64,000 nucleotides of DNA from Lingula anatina (Eukaryota; Animalia; Brachiopoda): NCBI GenBank assembly GCA_051362555.1, contig CM120641.1:18290001-18354000 (forward strand). The letters run 5' to 3'. The first letter of the stretch is position 1, and every line of letters starts with the position of its first letter. Below, one piece after another: positions 1 to 14,500 of the stretch. Under the pieces are notes generated by a model that did no database searches, was not told the origin of the DNA, and saw only the letters and a program-made list of their open reading frames with translations. A program made the translations under genes and the position numbers.

Positions 1-950
1 GTATTCTTCAGTCACTCACAAAAGATTACAAAGATGCACATTTCAACAAAAATATTAAGATGAAAAGCCTCAGCAAGACCTGTAATGAATATTTGCCTGT
101 TAAGAGCAGTATTATCGTTATGACAAAAACTTACTACCTAGGTATAAAATGTCTGTTTTTCAATTGAGAAAGCTTTACATCATCATCAAAAAAAAAAAAA
201 AAAAAAAAAAATCCTTATATTTATGCCAATATTTATATAAGAAAAGTAATTCAGTCACCCAAAACAGTATAACTAAATATGCACTGCTGACCTCATAAGA
301 AAAATTACTTCATATATACCACTGTTTTTGCTCATTTAATTGAAAGTATATATTGAAAGAAAACAAAGCATATATACTATGATAAATTCTGTAGACCAAT
401 ATTCCTCTTGAAACATGCTTTTATACTTTTTTAATGAAAAAGGGGGAGAAATTTTTCTTCTGCCATTTATGTTGGATGATTTTTTATGTTATAACAGGGA
501 AAAAGTATCAAACTTAATGATATTTCAATATGTTGAGGTGATGCAGATAGATGTACCAGCGTCACTAACAGACTATTAGGGAAGTCACTAGTGTATTTTA
601 GATGGGCCTTATGGCTGGTTAAATAGAAATTCAAGGTTGTTAAGGGCAGTTTAGCAATACTACGTACATGTATCGGATCAAGGCACAGTTGTGATATCTG
701 TATCTTGCTATGTTAGATGTTATTGAATGAGAATATAATTTTCAGACAAGCTTATCTCTTTCCAACAGAAAAGGAACTTAGAGGCTGTTTTTGTCTCACG
801 ATATACAAATGTGCATAATTTGTTAAAAATCTTCACAGGGCAATGAAAACTGAGTTGAAATACAATTTTAGCACTTGCCTTCATTTGATCTGAGATGATC
901 AGATAGGTGAACATTCTTCTCTACTCTCCATACCAGGTTCAAAGTGGGCA

Positions 951-1095
951 TATAAAAGGATTAGATCATAAAAAAGGGAAAAAACTGTGGTGGAAAAATC
1001 TTTTTGAAACTAGCTTCTTCAAAGATAACACTGGAAAAACAGGACCATAGAAACATGACGTGAAGGCACAAGTCTCTGCAGCCAGACAGGTAAGG
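951..1095 (+). promoter_or_regulatory. Possible TATA promoter plus non-coding first exon of the membrane collagen-like gene
   Basis: TATAAAAG at 951-958 and donor CAG|GTAAGG at 1089/1090. Exon 5571 has an acceptor and so needs an upstream UTR exon. Confidence 0.3.
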
Positions 1096-4000
1096 GTTTA
1101 TAATGCATCTTTGATCTTTTTATTTGTAGAATAAAAGAAAATGGGTGACAATTTCCTGTAAAGTTATTGAAAATTAATTTATATGAAAACTTATCTTCTG
1201 AAACTGAAGAATAAAGAAATTGGATTTTTCATAGACTTTTCAATTTTCAATTAATGATGTAAAGACTTCACTTTTTTATTGTCAAAAAACAAATATATGT
1301 ATGCTAAATAATTCAAGCAAAAGTTATAAAGAATTTAAAAATGTTTTGCCACATGAAACAGCAAGCTTGTGAGATATGGTATATAGACACAAAATCAAAG
1401 CACAATTAAATGATCACTCATATTCTTCAAAACAAGTAATACTATTATCACAACTATCATTATAAAATGATCCATATAATTTCAGAGGTACAATTGGGTC
1501 ATTTCTTGGTCCCTTCCACCCTAATTAACACCTGTAAAATGCAGACTATTCTTTAATTTTACTTTTTATCTTATCTAAAGGTATGCAATTTGCTCTGTTT
1601 ATGTTGGATCCTAGTCTGTAATCAACTCTTTGCACCCTAAAATTAGTTAACCTATCATTACATCATCTTTGTTTTTATTTTAATAAAAAACTTAAAAGTT
1701 TTAAGATTTTCCTGTGCAAAATCTGACTGGACTTGCATGGCCACCCACATCGAATAGATAGCTGAGGAAGCTGTCAGGAGGCCACAGCTCTCAGCCAGTG
1801 AGGACTAAATCTGACTATATGGAAAACTCCTTGGTAAAATTGCTTATTTTAAAATTCTTGAATAATGACATAGTGAATGAAATACCCAAGCCAGTTGTGG
1901 CACTATGTGTAACGTTAGCAATAATTTTTTAAAAGTCTGAAATATCTTAATTGTCAGTCTGGTTTTTACATATATAAGTAACCACATATAAAAAAAATAG
2001 ATTATAATTGAGCCATTTAACATTTGGGCCATTGATAACCATAAATTTGCACCCATCATACACCTTTTCGTCAATACGTTTTTTAATTCTCTCAAGGGGA
2101 GGCATTATTATATGAGGATTGATGCTCAAGGCTACTGTAGTGCCTACCTGATAATTTAATTATTTAAGTATTCAGTCATCAGATAAATAACAATAAATAT
2201 CCACCACTTGGAAAATGAGTCATAGATTCTACAAATTAAAGATACATAAAAAACATGGCTTAAAAACTAATAACAAAAAGGAGCCATGTATTGAATATTT
2301 GAAAGAAACATCTGTAACTTGAATAGGGGCACCTATGTATTGGTTGCTCTATTGTAATGCCTCTGGTAAAACTGGGTCAAGAAAGGTAGGGGAACAAAAG
2401 AACTTCATAGTACTGTGTAAAGTTATTGGACATGGTTCAACACAGGTAGAAATTATAGGTGTACATGTATATTTGTGGTTGTGGCTGAGAGATATATTCA
2501 ATGCGTATGAGGAAATAACTGATCACTTAACCCTATGAGATACATGTAATAAGGAAGCCTAATGATAAGTTGGAAGAGAACTGTGTTCAATCTGTTACAG
2601 GCAATTTGTTTGTGAAGGATTTTCACCTGTTCAGGTAGGTATACAAATACAATCAAGAAGCCAGACCATAGCTTTTGCGGGAAACATATATACTCATACC
2701 ACAGATACACTCTGGACTAAGTTTGCGTTAAATTATAGTAAACCTCACAGGTGTACTGTACAAGGTGTTATCTTTTGAGGTGAGAAAGTTAGTTTCATTC
2801 ATTATTTCATCTCGTTTCATGTATGTCAGACAGACAATAGAATTGGTACACTGTAGTAGTAGTAGTATATATGAGATGATGAAATCTTACAACCTCACTG
2901 TGGTTCTTTTTGGGATTTTTTTTACATGTACATGTACATTCAGTGTCCATGCAGGACAATTATTAATTTTCTTTCATTGCTATGGCTGTAATTCTTTAAA
3001 CATGTGTGTATTCTCATATACTATTAAGATCACAGAATCTGTTAACAATGAGTATGAATATAAAATAGCATGATCCCAATCAGCTCCTCATTGCATGCTC
3101 AGTTTATGATGTTGACACAATGTTCTGGTGGCTACATATTCATGTATTTATCACCAACTTGATTGCCTCTCAGATAAGGTGGGAATATGTGAAACAGAAA
3201 TTGAATAGTCTACAGCAATCTCTGAAACAAAAGTGTAGGTCAATATAGGCTACTTCCTTCCCTGTTTACTCCAGTAAAATTATGTCAAGTCACAGGTGAG
3301 TTCAGGTAAGTCATTATATGGGAGCCATTTATTGCTTACTGGAGCATAGCCCGCTGATGCATACCGATAGGGATACTGCCTGTACTGAGGCTGAGGAGCT
3401 TCTTGTAAGTTATTTTTTACTGAGATGAAATAAGAAAAAAAGAAGTACATAGTGTTTTCCTTTTTATATCCATTGGGATAAAGCATGAACATAATTATTC
3501 TAATTTCAATGATAATATTCAAGAATGCAGGAGAATATTTTTATTTTGAATATAAGAAAATATTTGTTTCTTATATTTTCCATATGTAAAGGGTCTGTAC
3601 TATACACTACTGAGTATTATATGTGTTTTTATACCAAAGGCGTTGTTATCTTATCATAATTTATATATTAGATGCACAAAGAAATGTGAACAAAATCTTC
3701 CTTGAGATGACTTAACTTGCCTTGTGCTTGGACCCATCACTGTTTGGACCCACCAAACAGTGATGGGTCCCTTAAATTTAGATAATATTACTTTTTTATT
3801 CATTATTTATCCAGAAGTACCAATGGTTCAGTACTCACAGTTGCTTTCACTGGTTCAAATTCAATGTTTAAAAAATCCAATTATTCATTTACCCGTTTAC
3901 ACTGATATTGCTTTGTTGCTTATATGGTCAGAATAATAGGTTCACTTAAACACTGATGAAGATAGATTTCATATCTTGGACCCATCACACTTGTTGTACA

Positions 4001-5590
4001 ATGGGTCCAAGAATTATAACTTTGCATTCACTTTATACGTATATATGTCCTCACTAACAGTTAGTCAAAGTGCCAATCTGTAACAATCCTAGTTCCTAGA
4101 TAAGATCATCCTGTTATAGACATTGTTGTGGTTTACCAAACCGAAAATATACTTCAGGCATTCAGCCAAGCATTGTTTACCAACAAACAGGTTGGCCAGT
4201 GCATGGTAAATTGTCCATGATTTAGTTCTTTTAAGTTGAGTTGCAGCCAAATGGTAGGGTAAAAAGCATGCTCTCTTTGCTGGGAACATTACTGCACTTT
4301 GCACCAAAAAGAAATTATACTTTTTGTATTGCTGCCACTTTGGATGACTTAATTCAATCTTGTTGATTAATCTGAAAACTTATGCTGATGGTCTTTGTTA
4401 TATGCCATATAATATACTAGCTACGTATAAGCATTCCTAGGTAAAATTGGGGAAATGTGAAAAATTGCAATAATTAGACACAGGAATCGGCCCTATGTAG
4501 TTGATGTGATAACACAGTTATGTATGTAGAACCTTTGGTTATGTACATGCAACTGAGCCCAGTATATATATAATGGTAATTTATATGGTTGATACAAAAA
4601 TGTCCTGGACTTAAAAATGTAATTCCTCTAAAATTAGATACTGATGATTCTACAAAATTCTGCTTATAGTACTACCTCTTGACAATGCCTTTGGGACATA
4701 TATGTTTTGTCTTCATAGTTTTTATCATCTATAGCCATGTACCAATATGTGGTATTCAATACAACAAATAATGTACAAATATGTATATTGCCTCGTCTTT
4801 CACTTTTACCTCATGAAACTGTGCTGTTTTCATTTCAGGCAGTTGTGCAGGTGCGTGATAATAAGATTTGAATTAAGAGCATGGGTAAACAGTCAATACA
4901 AGAAAAATGAAACCAGCAGTGAAGGTTTATTTTCCCTCTGTTTAAACTGTTGGTCCCTGATTTCCACACACAACATGAAACAGAAAGTAAACTGATAAAA
5001 CACTAGGTAGAAGTGGCAGATTTCTTTAACTGAATTTTCTTTCTTTGTTTCCCTTTTTTTTTGAGTGAGATGTTAATGAGCATCACGAGGAGTTGACATG
5101 TAACATTAAAATGATGAACATTTAGGTAATTTGATCACCTTTAAATAAAAAGACAATAAAGCTCAAGGAAATGTAAACTTGAGTAAACAAGAGACCTCAG
5201 CAGGTGGCATATTTGATTTGGTTCTCTTACATGTGATGCTGGTGTATGTAGAAAGATGTTATTTTAGATATGTCATTTCTTGCACATTATTATCTGTCTC
5301 AAATCATTTTGCAATTTTTTGTAGTCCATAAGAAACTCTCAATCCAAGTAGCGTGTAAATTTGCATTTACTTGTTCTCAAGGGTGCCATCAGTGCTTATA
5401 CAAAAGAATGCAATGAGAACACCTCATGGACTTTTCTAGTGTCTGATTGTCATCTAGAATAGCAACACAAAAACCTCTATCAGAATATTTCATCTTTTTG
5501 TTATTGACCTCTAATGACTATGATGTGTTGATATTTCACAGAAATGCATCTTGATGTTTCTACTTTTCAGATTGAGATCTTCCCAGAGAA

Positions 5591-8500
5591 ATGCAGTCCG
5601 TTCCTCCATCACACTATCCAGAGGATGGCTACCTAAAGCCAAGCTTCTATGACAATAGACTAGCTGCACAGGAGTTTGGTTCTTATCCTAGAAGAGGAAA
5701 ATATCATGATTCAGGTTATTTAAATTTTGATACATCATGTTTGCGTGGGTTATCAGAATTTGTACTAGAAACATCTATCTATTGTTTTTATTCTATTTTA
5801 ATTGATTTTGATTTCATTTCTTTGTTTTGATATTTATTCATTTATTTACATGTATCAAGTAATTTTGATATAATAATCATTGTGTGTGTGTGTGTGTGTT
5901 TTCAGGGTTTGAAGTGACTTTTCTGTTGGTTATCAATATCTTTTTGCTAATTTTCTCAGTTCTCTGTCAATGCAGTTAGTGGTTATTCCCCTCTCACCCC
6001 ATTTTAGTCACTATAAGTTAGACAAGACTAACACAACATTAATGTTGGCTATCTTTATTTTGTTAAAAAATGTGGGTATTTCTAATAATAATGCAGTGAT
6101 TAAGCAGTGCTTTTTTAAAAATAAGAAAATTGAAGCAAAAATATTAATTCCATTTTTGAATAATATTTCTAATTTATATAGCGCATATAAAAGTTAAAAT
6201 AAATGGAATTCAAGTATCCTTTATAAGTTGAACAAAACAGATGCTTGTGGTTTAAGTTTTAAGTTTAAATAAGAACATAGTTGCCAATCCACCAGTAATC
6301 AACTGCATGCTGCTTAATATCAGTTGATTCAGGTGGGCATCTGCTTGTCAGGAACCACGCAGAATTTATCTATAAATCAAATTTAGAAACAGGCTCAAAA
6401 TACGGACACCATTGAATGCTTTTAGGTTGGATAACGCATTAATACTACCTTCCAGATTCGTGGTCAAAATAGTTACGTGAAAATCGCTATGAGGAAGTCC
6501 AACGCTGACAACAGTAACCAGTTTCAATCATTTTATGTTCACTAGTCGCTTGCTCAGGTACATTCTTACAATATGTGGAGACTCGCACTCTTTAGTATCA
6601 AGCCAAGACAATGGCTTAATTCATGAACTTCTTAATCAATGGCTTCTTAATCATAATAGTCAACAAGCCTACTCTGCATCTGTAGACTTAACATAACATA
6701 TTATAAGGAGTTATACAGACTACAGTAAAAAGTTATTGCGTGAAGTTACTGAAATTGCCTGTCTCCGACATGCTGGACTAATCTCAAGACGCCAGGTACA
6801 TGTACTACCAAACCTGTCTGAACTTTTGTCAGTGTAAATAAACATGTGTATATATAGTCCAGACTGAAGGTGTGCAGGTGATTCAAACTAAATGGGCTTC
6901 TTTCATGAAATATGTCATGTGACCCCTTGCTCTGCCAATCTCTGTGGTAACTTACATGTATTATGTGAGGCCAGCCTAAATGCAGTTTTTATTGAAAAGA
7001 GTGCACTTGGATAGAAACATGCTGCAACCACAGTATATCTGGCTATATTAATCTGGTTGAGAATTCTAAAAATTCTTTTACTTTATCGACTTTCTTTTGT
7101 AAATTTGTATGCAGGTGGAAGTAATTTAAGGACAATTTTTTCATGCAACCTCTTCATTTTGTGGGTTACAAAAGATCCGGGACAGCTGTGTGTATGGGTA
7201 GTGGCACCACTCCTGATTTAAAGTTAACTCATAAGTCGTGGAAAATGGAATGTTCCATTTGAGTTCTTTCACTAATTTAGAGAAAGTTGTCAAAAGCAAA
7301 ACTGAAACTGTGCTTCAAAGTTTTTCAATGGTTTAGGCATTAAAAAGCAATTGTGAAATTTCGTGTTAAATTCATTTGACCTACATTACTTATTAGAGAT
7401 GTTGGTATGTCATGGGGGCCTACACATGTGTGCACACTATTAACTGGATTATGCTTTCACGTCACTGGCTTAACAACCAGCAAACTTTTTATGCCCAGGC
7501 TGCGTTCTCAAGAATTAACTTCCTGTGAAAAGAAAATGGAGTATAGTTACACTCCTTTGAGTACCACATCTGAGCAATCAGAGGGTAAGTTGACATATTT
7601 TCACGGACACTTTATATACTCTACTTGTTTTTCTGATGTGCAGCTTCAACTGTGAAAAAAGTTATGAGGATTTATGACATTACATTTGCTTGAACTACTC
7701 CTAGAGTTCTTGTCAGGGATCATGATGTCTTTTTATTTAGTTGTCTGTGTATGTTATGTGCATATATGTAAAATTAGTTGTGAAGGGAGCCTGTTAAATG
7801 CCTATCTATATAAACATTTTAGTATTCAAAATAAAGTATATATACAGTACTAGTATATGCCAGTACTACTAGTATAGATAAAACTTATAGCCAGGTCAGA
7901 AGCCAGGAGATTGGTTTCATGATCAGAATTTTACTGGTTATTTAGTCATTATATACGTGTAGCACCACACTGCGTTACAAAATCCAATGAATGTTACAGT
8001 GGGCATACAGTCTCCAATAGCAAGGATCAGAAGAACAGGATGGGTCAGTACTGGTTCTGTAGGTTAAGCAGCTTTTCTATTTCCCTGAATTGGCACCTTT
8101 GATTTTTATCAAAACACGCCTGTGCTTAAATGCCTTGGAAAGGAGAAAATGTGAATGAAGCCTGCCCCCCTCCCCTCCATACTCACCCACTATTATACAG
8201 ATGATGATGCATTTTATCAATAGCTAAGACTTATTAATATATCAAATTTTTGTGCATTTTATGATTATTACATATACTCTGATTAGTTTGGTATGATGAT
8301 ATATGGCAGTTAGTGTACCTGTCGCTGTTTTAAGTCTAATATGGTGAAATATATACTGCTATCAATTAAAGAATAGGTATCCAAATATCTTCTAATATTC
8401 CTAGGCAGAAACTACTTCAGATGACAGATTGCAATTTGACTTGATTTTTTCCCAGTTTGATATATATATCATGTACGTAGGTCTAAAATGTAGGGCAGGA

Positions 8501-11500
8501 CAAACATGTGCCAACTCTAGTGCTTTGACCGCATTTTCTCTATTTTTGTCCATGTTCTATTTTAATTTTTAATGAAGATACCCTATATTTAATCCAGGAG
8601 TCTTCTATAATTTGCCCTTGCAAAGTCCATCTAGCTTGTGTCACGGTTGTGGGATGTGATCACTAAAGAAAAGAAAAAAATAATAATAATTAAAAAAAAA
8701 TAATAATAAACTATGAACCTAGAAGAATATTTTTTCAAAAGTGTTATTTAAACAAACCTTGGTAATCAAAGCTGGTATTTTGCTTAAAAAATGCATGTAG
8801 ATACTGTTAGGAAATTATTAAGCATTTGATTTTGTCATGATTTACAAGGGCATACATTTTGTACTTTTTTTGCACTTGACAGCCATACAAACATTTACTG
8901 CCATGTGTAATTGAAGCTTTTGGCCTTTTTGTTCTGTTTGAGTCATCAAATTTGGTGGAATTTAAAACACGAAAAAAGTTTGGCATTGAAAATTTCACAG
9001 TTCAGTAACTTAGCTGCTATTTTCATTTTGTCCCAGCTTTTGATAAAAAAGTTATGTTGACTTTTGGAGAAAAAAAGACAGGAAGTCACAAGATAGAAAC
9101 TTTGCACACCAATTGTAATTGTAAGTGGGCAATAAAACAAGACTGTAAAGAAGAGATCAAGACAATTCATTGAGGCACTCTAGATGTCATGTTTCAGCAA
9201 TTATTTTGTAGAGATGCTGTCAGTGTTTAGTGTTCATCCAAGACTTGCTGGAACACATAAGCAGAAACAAGGTATTCAGCATGACATAGAGTTTTGATTA
9301 TCAATACACTACATGGTGAATTTTCTTTCATTTTTTTTTTAGCAGAATTTACTTTTAAGGCTCTTAATTAATTGAAATTATCTTGGTTACATTTATTCAT
9401 TTTTCAACTATTTATCTGTTCATGAAGATATTTTTCTTACATTTGCAGCCTGAATAATTTATTTAATGCCAGAGAATTGTTTAAAAAAAGAAGCCCAAAA
9501 TTGAAGAATGATTTCATTTTTGGAAGTATATAGTTTGATAACATATCTTAATAATATAATGTTTTGTTCAAGATTGTCTTTGTTTTTATATGAGTTGTCA
9601 GCTTAACTTGACATGACAAGAGTTTGTTTTACATGATGACGACATTAGCATTATTGTTTTGATTTGATATAGAGGACAGATAACATCATGATATGAAGTA
9701 CAGTTTACTTTCCATTGACATTTTAATGCCAAAAGTGATATTGAACAGGGAGGTACGGCATGGAAGATAAGGTTAGAAAACATACTTCTATGATGTTTTG
9801 GTATTGTACAGGAGAATTTACATAGTAAAAAATTGTGTCACTATTTTCATCAACAATAATGTACAATATCTTAGTACAACTAGCATGCATGCTTAAAGGG
9901 ACAATTAAAATCTGTTGGTTTTGGCATGAAAACAAAAACACACTCATGTCAGTATTGTCAGTCAGACCATCTGAATCCAAAATCTAAAAGACCCTTTGAC
10001 TTATATTTTTAAAAAGAATTCACCTTCAAACCAAGTGAACGGCAACATGTATGTATTCCTTGCATGAACAGTTAGTATCACATTTTGAGTGTAATTTCAT
10101 TTTTTAAAATTTTCTGAGAGGGCATGGGCAGAGAGAGCAATGATCATTAGATTGCCTTCCATTTACTTTTTTTATGAAATAATGAAACATTTGAAAATAT
10201 ATCTGATAACTGTGTAATTGCTGTGCTTCAACAAAATACGGGTTGAAAAGCACACCAAAAAGATGTTTATTATAGTACGTGATATTTAAAATCCCAACCC
10301 TGAAGACACCCACTTCTGTACCTGACTAAACCCCACTCATCTGCATCTCCCCCTCAACAGATGTGCCAGTTATGCCATCAAGCACACAAGGAAAATAATA
10401 TCTGACTTGTCAAAAGTGACTAATTTTTCTTATGCAAACTAATGGACACTGTCACCCAGTTCCAAGGCCCAGCCTTCAGTTATAATGTATTCTGATGAAA
10501 TGAATCAGATGTGCATGGGACAGGTCTGACAGGAGGGAGGTGTACAACTGGTAACCTGATCATACAGGAAGCTCCCACTCCAGCTACTGTAGGATAACTG
10601 GGTCATAGTCCCTGAGTTTTGTATTGAATAAGTTTGGGTGTATTCCCTCAGTGTTAAACAATTTAGGACCACAGCCTGGTTGGAGATTTTTTGGGCTCTT
10701 GTGAGCCTAGAAATAGTGGATTGAGATTTGTACATAGGTAAGATATGGTATTTATTAATTTATATACCCCTGTACTTGAGTGTCTTTGTTTGTACAAATG
10801 AATGCAGTGCACCACAACTTGGTATTCAGTCGGATATCATCTGGCATTCCTTAGGGTGTTGAATTGTGAAAGTCAGGATTCTTTTTATGAGCAAAAAGAT
10901 GTGTGCTGTTTGTCTGTGCACGTGGTGACTGAAATGTCTTATGATAATCGAGGTTTTTAAACGCCTTAATTATACATGTATGATGCAAGGTATTTGCCAA
11001 GTTGAATGTCTTGTCTTAAAGTTAATTAACGGTTAAATTTATATGATATGCTGTAGATGGAGACTAATATGTGCTATTACTAACAGTTAAACATCTGAGA
11101 GAAGGTGCATTTATGTACTTGAGTGTGTTTATACCTGATGATAAATACAGGGATAATTTGTCCAACAAAATTACCCAGACATATGTTAAGTCAGTATAAA
11201 TATCTCTAATGAAGGAAAATATGTGTTTGGTAATGAATTTTTATGGTGTACCTTTGTGAGTTTTTAAAAATCAATTTGTCTTTCATTTTAATTTGCATGT
11301 ACCCCTCAACAGGGTAATTCTTGAAGCCACTAATGCCCCAGAAAGTGAATATTTTTAGATTTTTACTGTTCATTGCTGATATGAGTTAGGGGAAACTTGT
11401 AATGCACCCCTCATATTTCACTCCTACATACAACAGCTAACCAAAAAAGGAATGCATTTTCAGAAAGTGAAAAGAATATGGGCCATTTGAGTACAAATGA

Positions 11501-14500
11501 ATTAATCTGTTTTTGATGGGCTTACATGAAGTTAAAGTGCAGTGGCATAAGTTATGGTAAAAAAATATGTTCAGACACACCATTTCAAAGACCACACGGA
11601 TCACGAGGCGTATAAATGTGCTACTGAATTTTAATTGAACAAAAGAGACTTAAGACTAGGCAAATGTTAGTCATTTAAATTTACCTTGAACAAGTAAAGG
11701 ATTAAAGAATTTTAACTTAAAATTTGGAAGCATACATGGATAGTGCTTTTGTGTCATTTCATCACATCCCAAGACCATCCCTTGGACAATTATGGACAAC
11801 TGGACAGCTTGGTAAATATTATTGTCTTAAGGATCTAGATATGTGCATTTTTATGAGTCACTTCTGAATGCAGCTAACAGTATACAGGTGTATGCACTGG
11901 ATAAGATGCATTGATTACTTATATGGGTCCTTTTTGTTTCAGACAACATTTTTCCAGATCTAATTTTCACTAGTAAGATTGGTGATATATGGAATCTAGG
12001 ACTGTGCATTTGGTCCTTAATTAAACAAATGAATTTTGACATTTTAATATTTTTACAGGGATCAAGATTTACTTGTGTATACTACTGTCTAGTGTGCTCG
12101 GAAGACAATCCCTTATCCAGTAAATTTTACTTCATTGAATGTAGCAAGACATTTTATCATTTAGTCATCATATCAATTCCAATCTAAGTCAAAATTATTA
12201 CACCATGAGTTTTTATATGTATCAGACTCTTTGTGTGCATCTGTACTCTTTTGTAGCAATCATTTTTGAGAGCTTATGCACTCATGAATCATTTTTTAAT
12301 AATATGCATAATGGATGATGTTCATAAACAATGCATAAAACTGACACAGGAATCCATGCATCACTATTCCAATTTTTCTTTTAAGGTGTAACAAGTTGTT
12401 CTTGTAGAACATTTGAGATTTTACGTTGATGACTGCATACATGAAATCTATTGTTGTGCAACTCCTGATAGCACTGAAATTAGTAGCACTTCATCATTCA
12501 TCTATTACCCTGTGGGCATGTACAGCCCCAGACATAAAACTTTGGCTGGAATTTCTGTGGTTATAGATTCATGAGTACCATAAAACTATAAAACTTGGCC
12601 ATGTTCCATTAAAAATAGTAGATTGTTTTATCTGGAAGCCAATGCGACCAATCTAAACAAAACTAGAGTACATGTATATAGCAATTTCTAACAAAGAAAT
12701 AGTGCAACTTTTTTCTATTGAATGGTAGATTTTATTGTCTGGAATGGGCAACAGGAGAGGAATTATGGATCATCCCTATTAAATTAATTAATAATTTACC
12801 ATTTATGCACCATGTACTTCAATATGTATTCAGACCACAAAAAGTCCATGATCAATTTTTTGGATCATGCAAATTGGAAACATATTATCATGTCCACCCT
12901 GATGTTAATGCAAAAGATAAATGCATATTGCGTCGATTATAGCATCACTGAGCCAATGCCAAACTTCCCCATATTATAATCTCTATCTATTTCTCAAGTC
13001 ATTAATTGTTATCATAATAGGGCTGGCCAATAAAATGGTGATTTGCCAGCTGATAGACATTCTGTACATGTTTGTATTCAAGCCCAGTATGATCTCTTGA
13101 GCTGCCAACTCACCAGGTGTTATAGGCTGATGGCTACTGGGTATAAGCTTTATCAATAGGCAAAAGCTTAGACAAGTTTTTGAAATATATAAAGGTACAG
13201 TTATGGCTCGATTTTTTTAATGTGGGAAAATTGTTAGTCCTTCAGATAAATAATTTTGAAATCATTAAAAATCACAATCTGTATAGCATTGATAGTGCTT
13301 TGACTGTATAGAATAGAACTGTAGGGTGGCCTGCTTTTCAATTTTGTGGCTACCACTCAACAAGAATGTTCTAATTTTAAGAATTTATGACTTAAAAAGA
13401 TACAGTATCTGTAAAATTCACAATTTCTCCATTAAAAAGACTGGATCATTACCCGAGTTGGAGGTGTAAAAGTAGGTTTAGTGAGAAGTAGAGAAACAAA
13501 ACAAAATTTGAGAAGAATGTTCATCTGTTGATTTGTGAACATCTTTGAAGCAGAATGAAATTTCACTGAAGGCAAACAACAATGTCAATGATAAAAACAA
13601 ACCTTTGAATCTTTTATTGTTAATTAACAGGTGTAGCTGACTGTGAAAGTGTCCACGCTGACATTCCAATGCAGACCGTGGGGAAACCTCCTTATGCGCA
13701 GGGGGCACCAGCTGGGTACCAACCGTCCGCACCCTATGACAAGTACAACAAAAGGGCAGTAAGCAATATGTACGATGGCAAGAAAAGACCAGAGAGTGCA
13801 CACCATTACAATGAAATGTATGAAGAGTTGCCAGATTACAAGTAAGTATTTTGTTATATCATATATATTTACATTTTATATTTTTAATTATTTTACTCAT
13901 TGTTTGTACACAGTATTAAGCATAAAATAAAAGAAGGATTTTGATGACATTTTCAGGAAAGGTCACAAATTGGCCAAGGAAGAAATGATTAGATTTTGTT
14001 GATGATAAATAAGTAAATTGATTAATTTTTAATTTTTAGTTAATTTTTGTTTTGTTTATTATTTGTTTTCAATGTTGCATATAGGTATAAAGTGCTTAAT
14101 TATAATATGGTCATAAATTCATTAAAACATGAAGTATCATACATCAAATGGCTTGTATTTGTGTACTCTTTAATTTTGCTAATGTTTTTGGGTTTTAAAA
14201 ACTAATTTTACAAGTTGCTTTGCTCTCTGAGCAATTTCATTTATTTGATTCATGTTGGTAGGTGTGGTATGAGATGGTTATATGCTGTACTGCTGTATAT
14301 TATAATAATTAATGTTACTTTTTTGGTTTTTCTTCATTTCTAAAATTTTAACTTATACAAAAAATTGCACTGGTTGTGCATAGCAAGAATTTTAACTTCA
14401 TTTACTCGTAATTTTCATCACATGCTCCTTTTTTTTCAAGACGTCCACCCTCTCCACCTCCGCTCCACAGTTTGCCTAGCATGTTGGATGCTACAGATAA

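Noticed and set aside
3280-3420. GC-richer patch with exon-like signals on both strands (EAPQPQYRQYPY on minus, MHTDRDTACTEAEELL on plus)
   Set aside because: No compatible neighbouring exons found; the plus version is out of frame with the 5591 ORF
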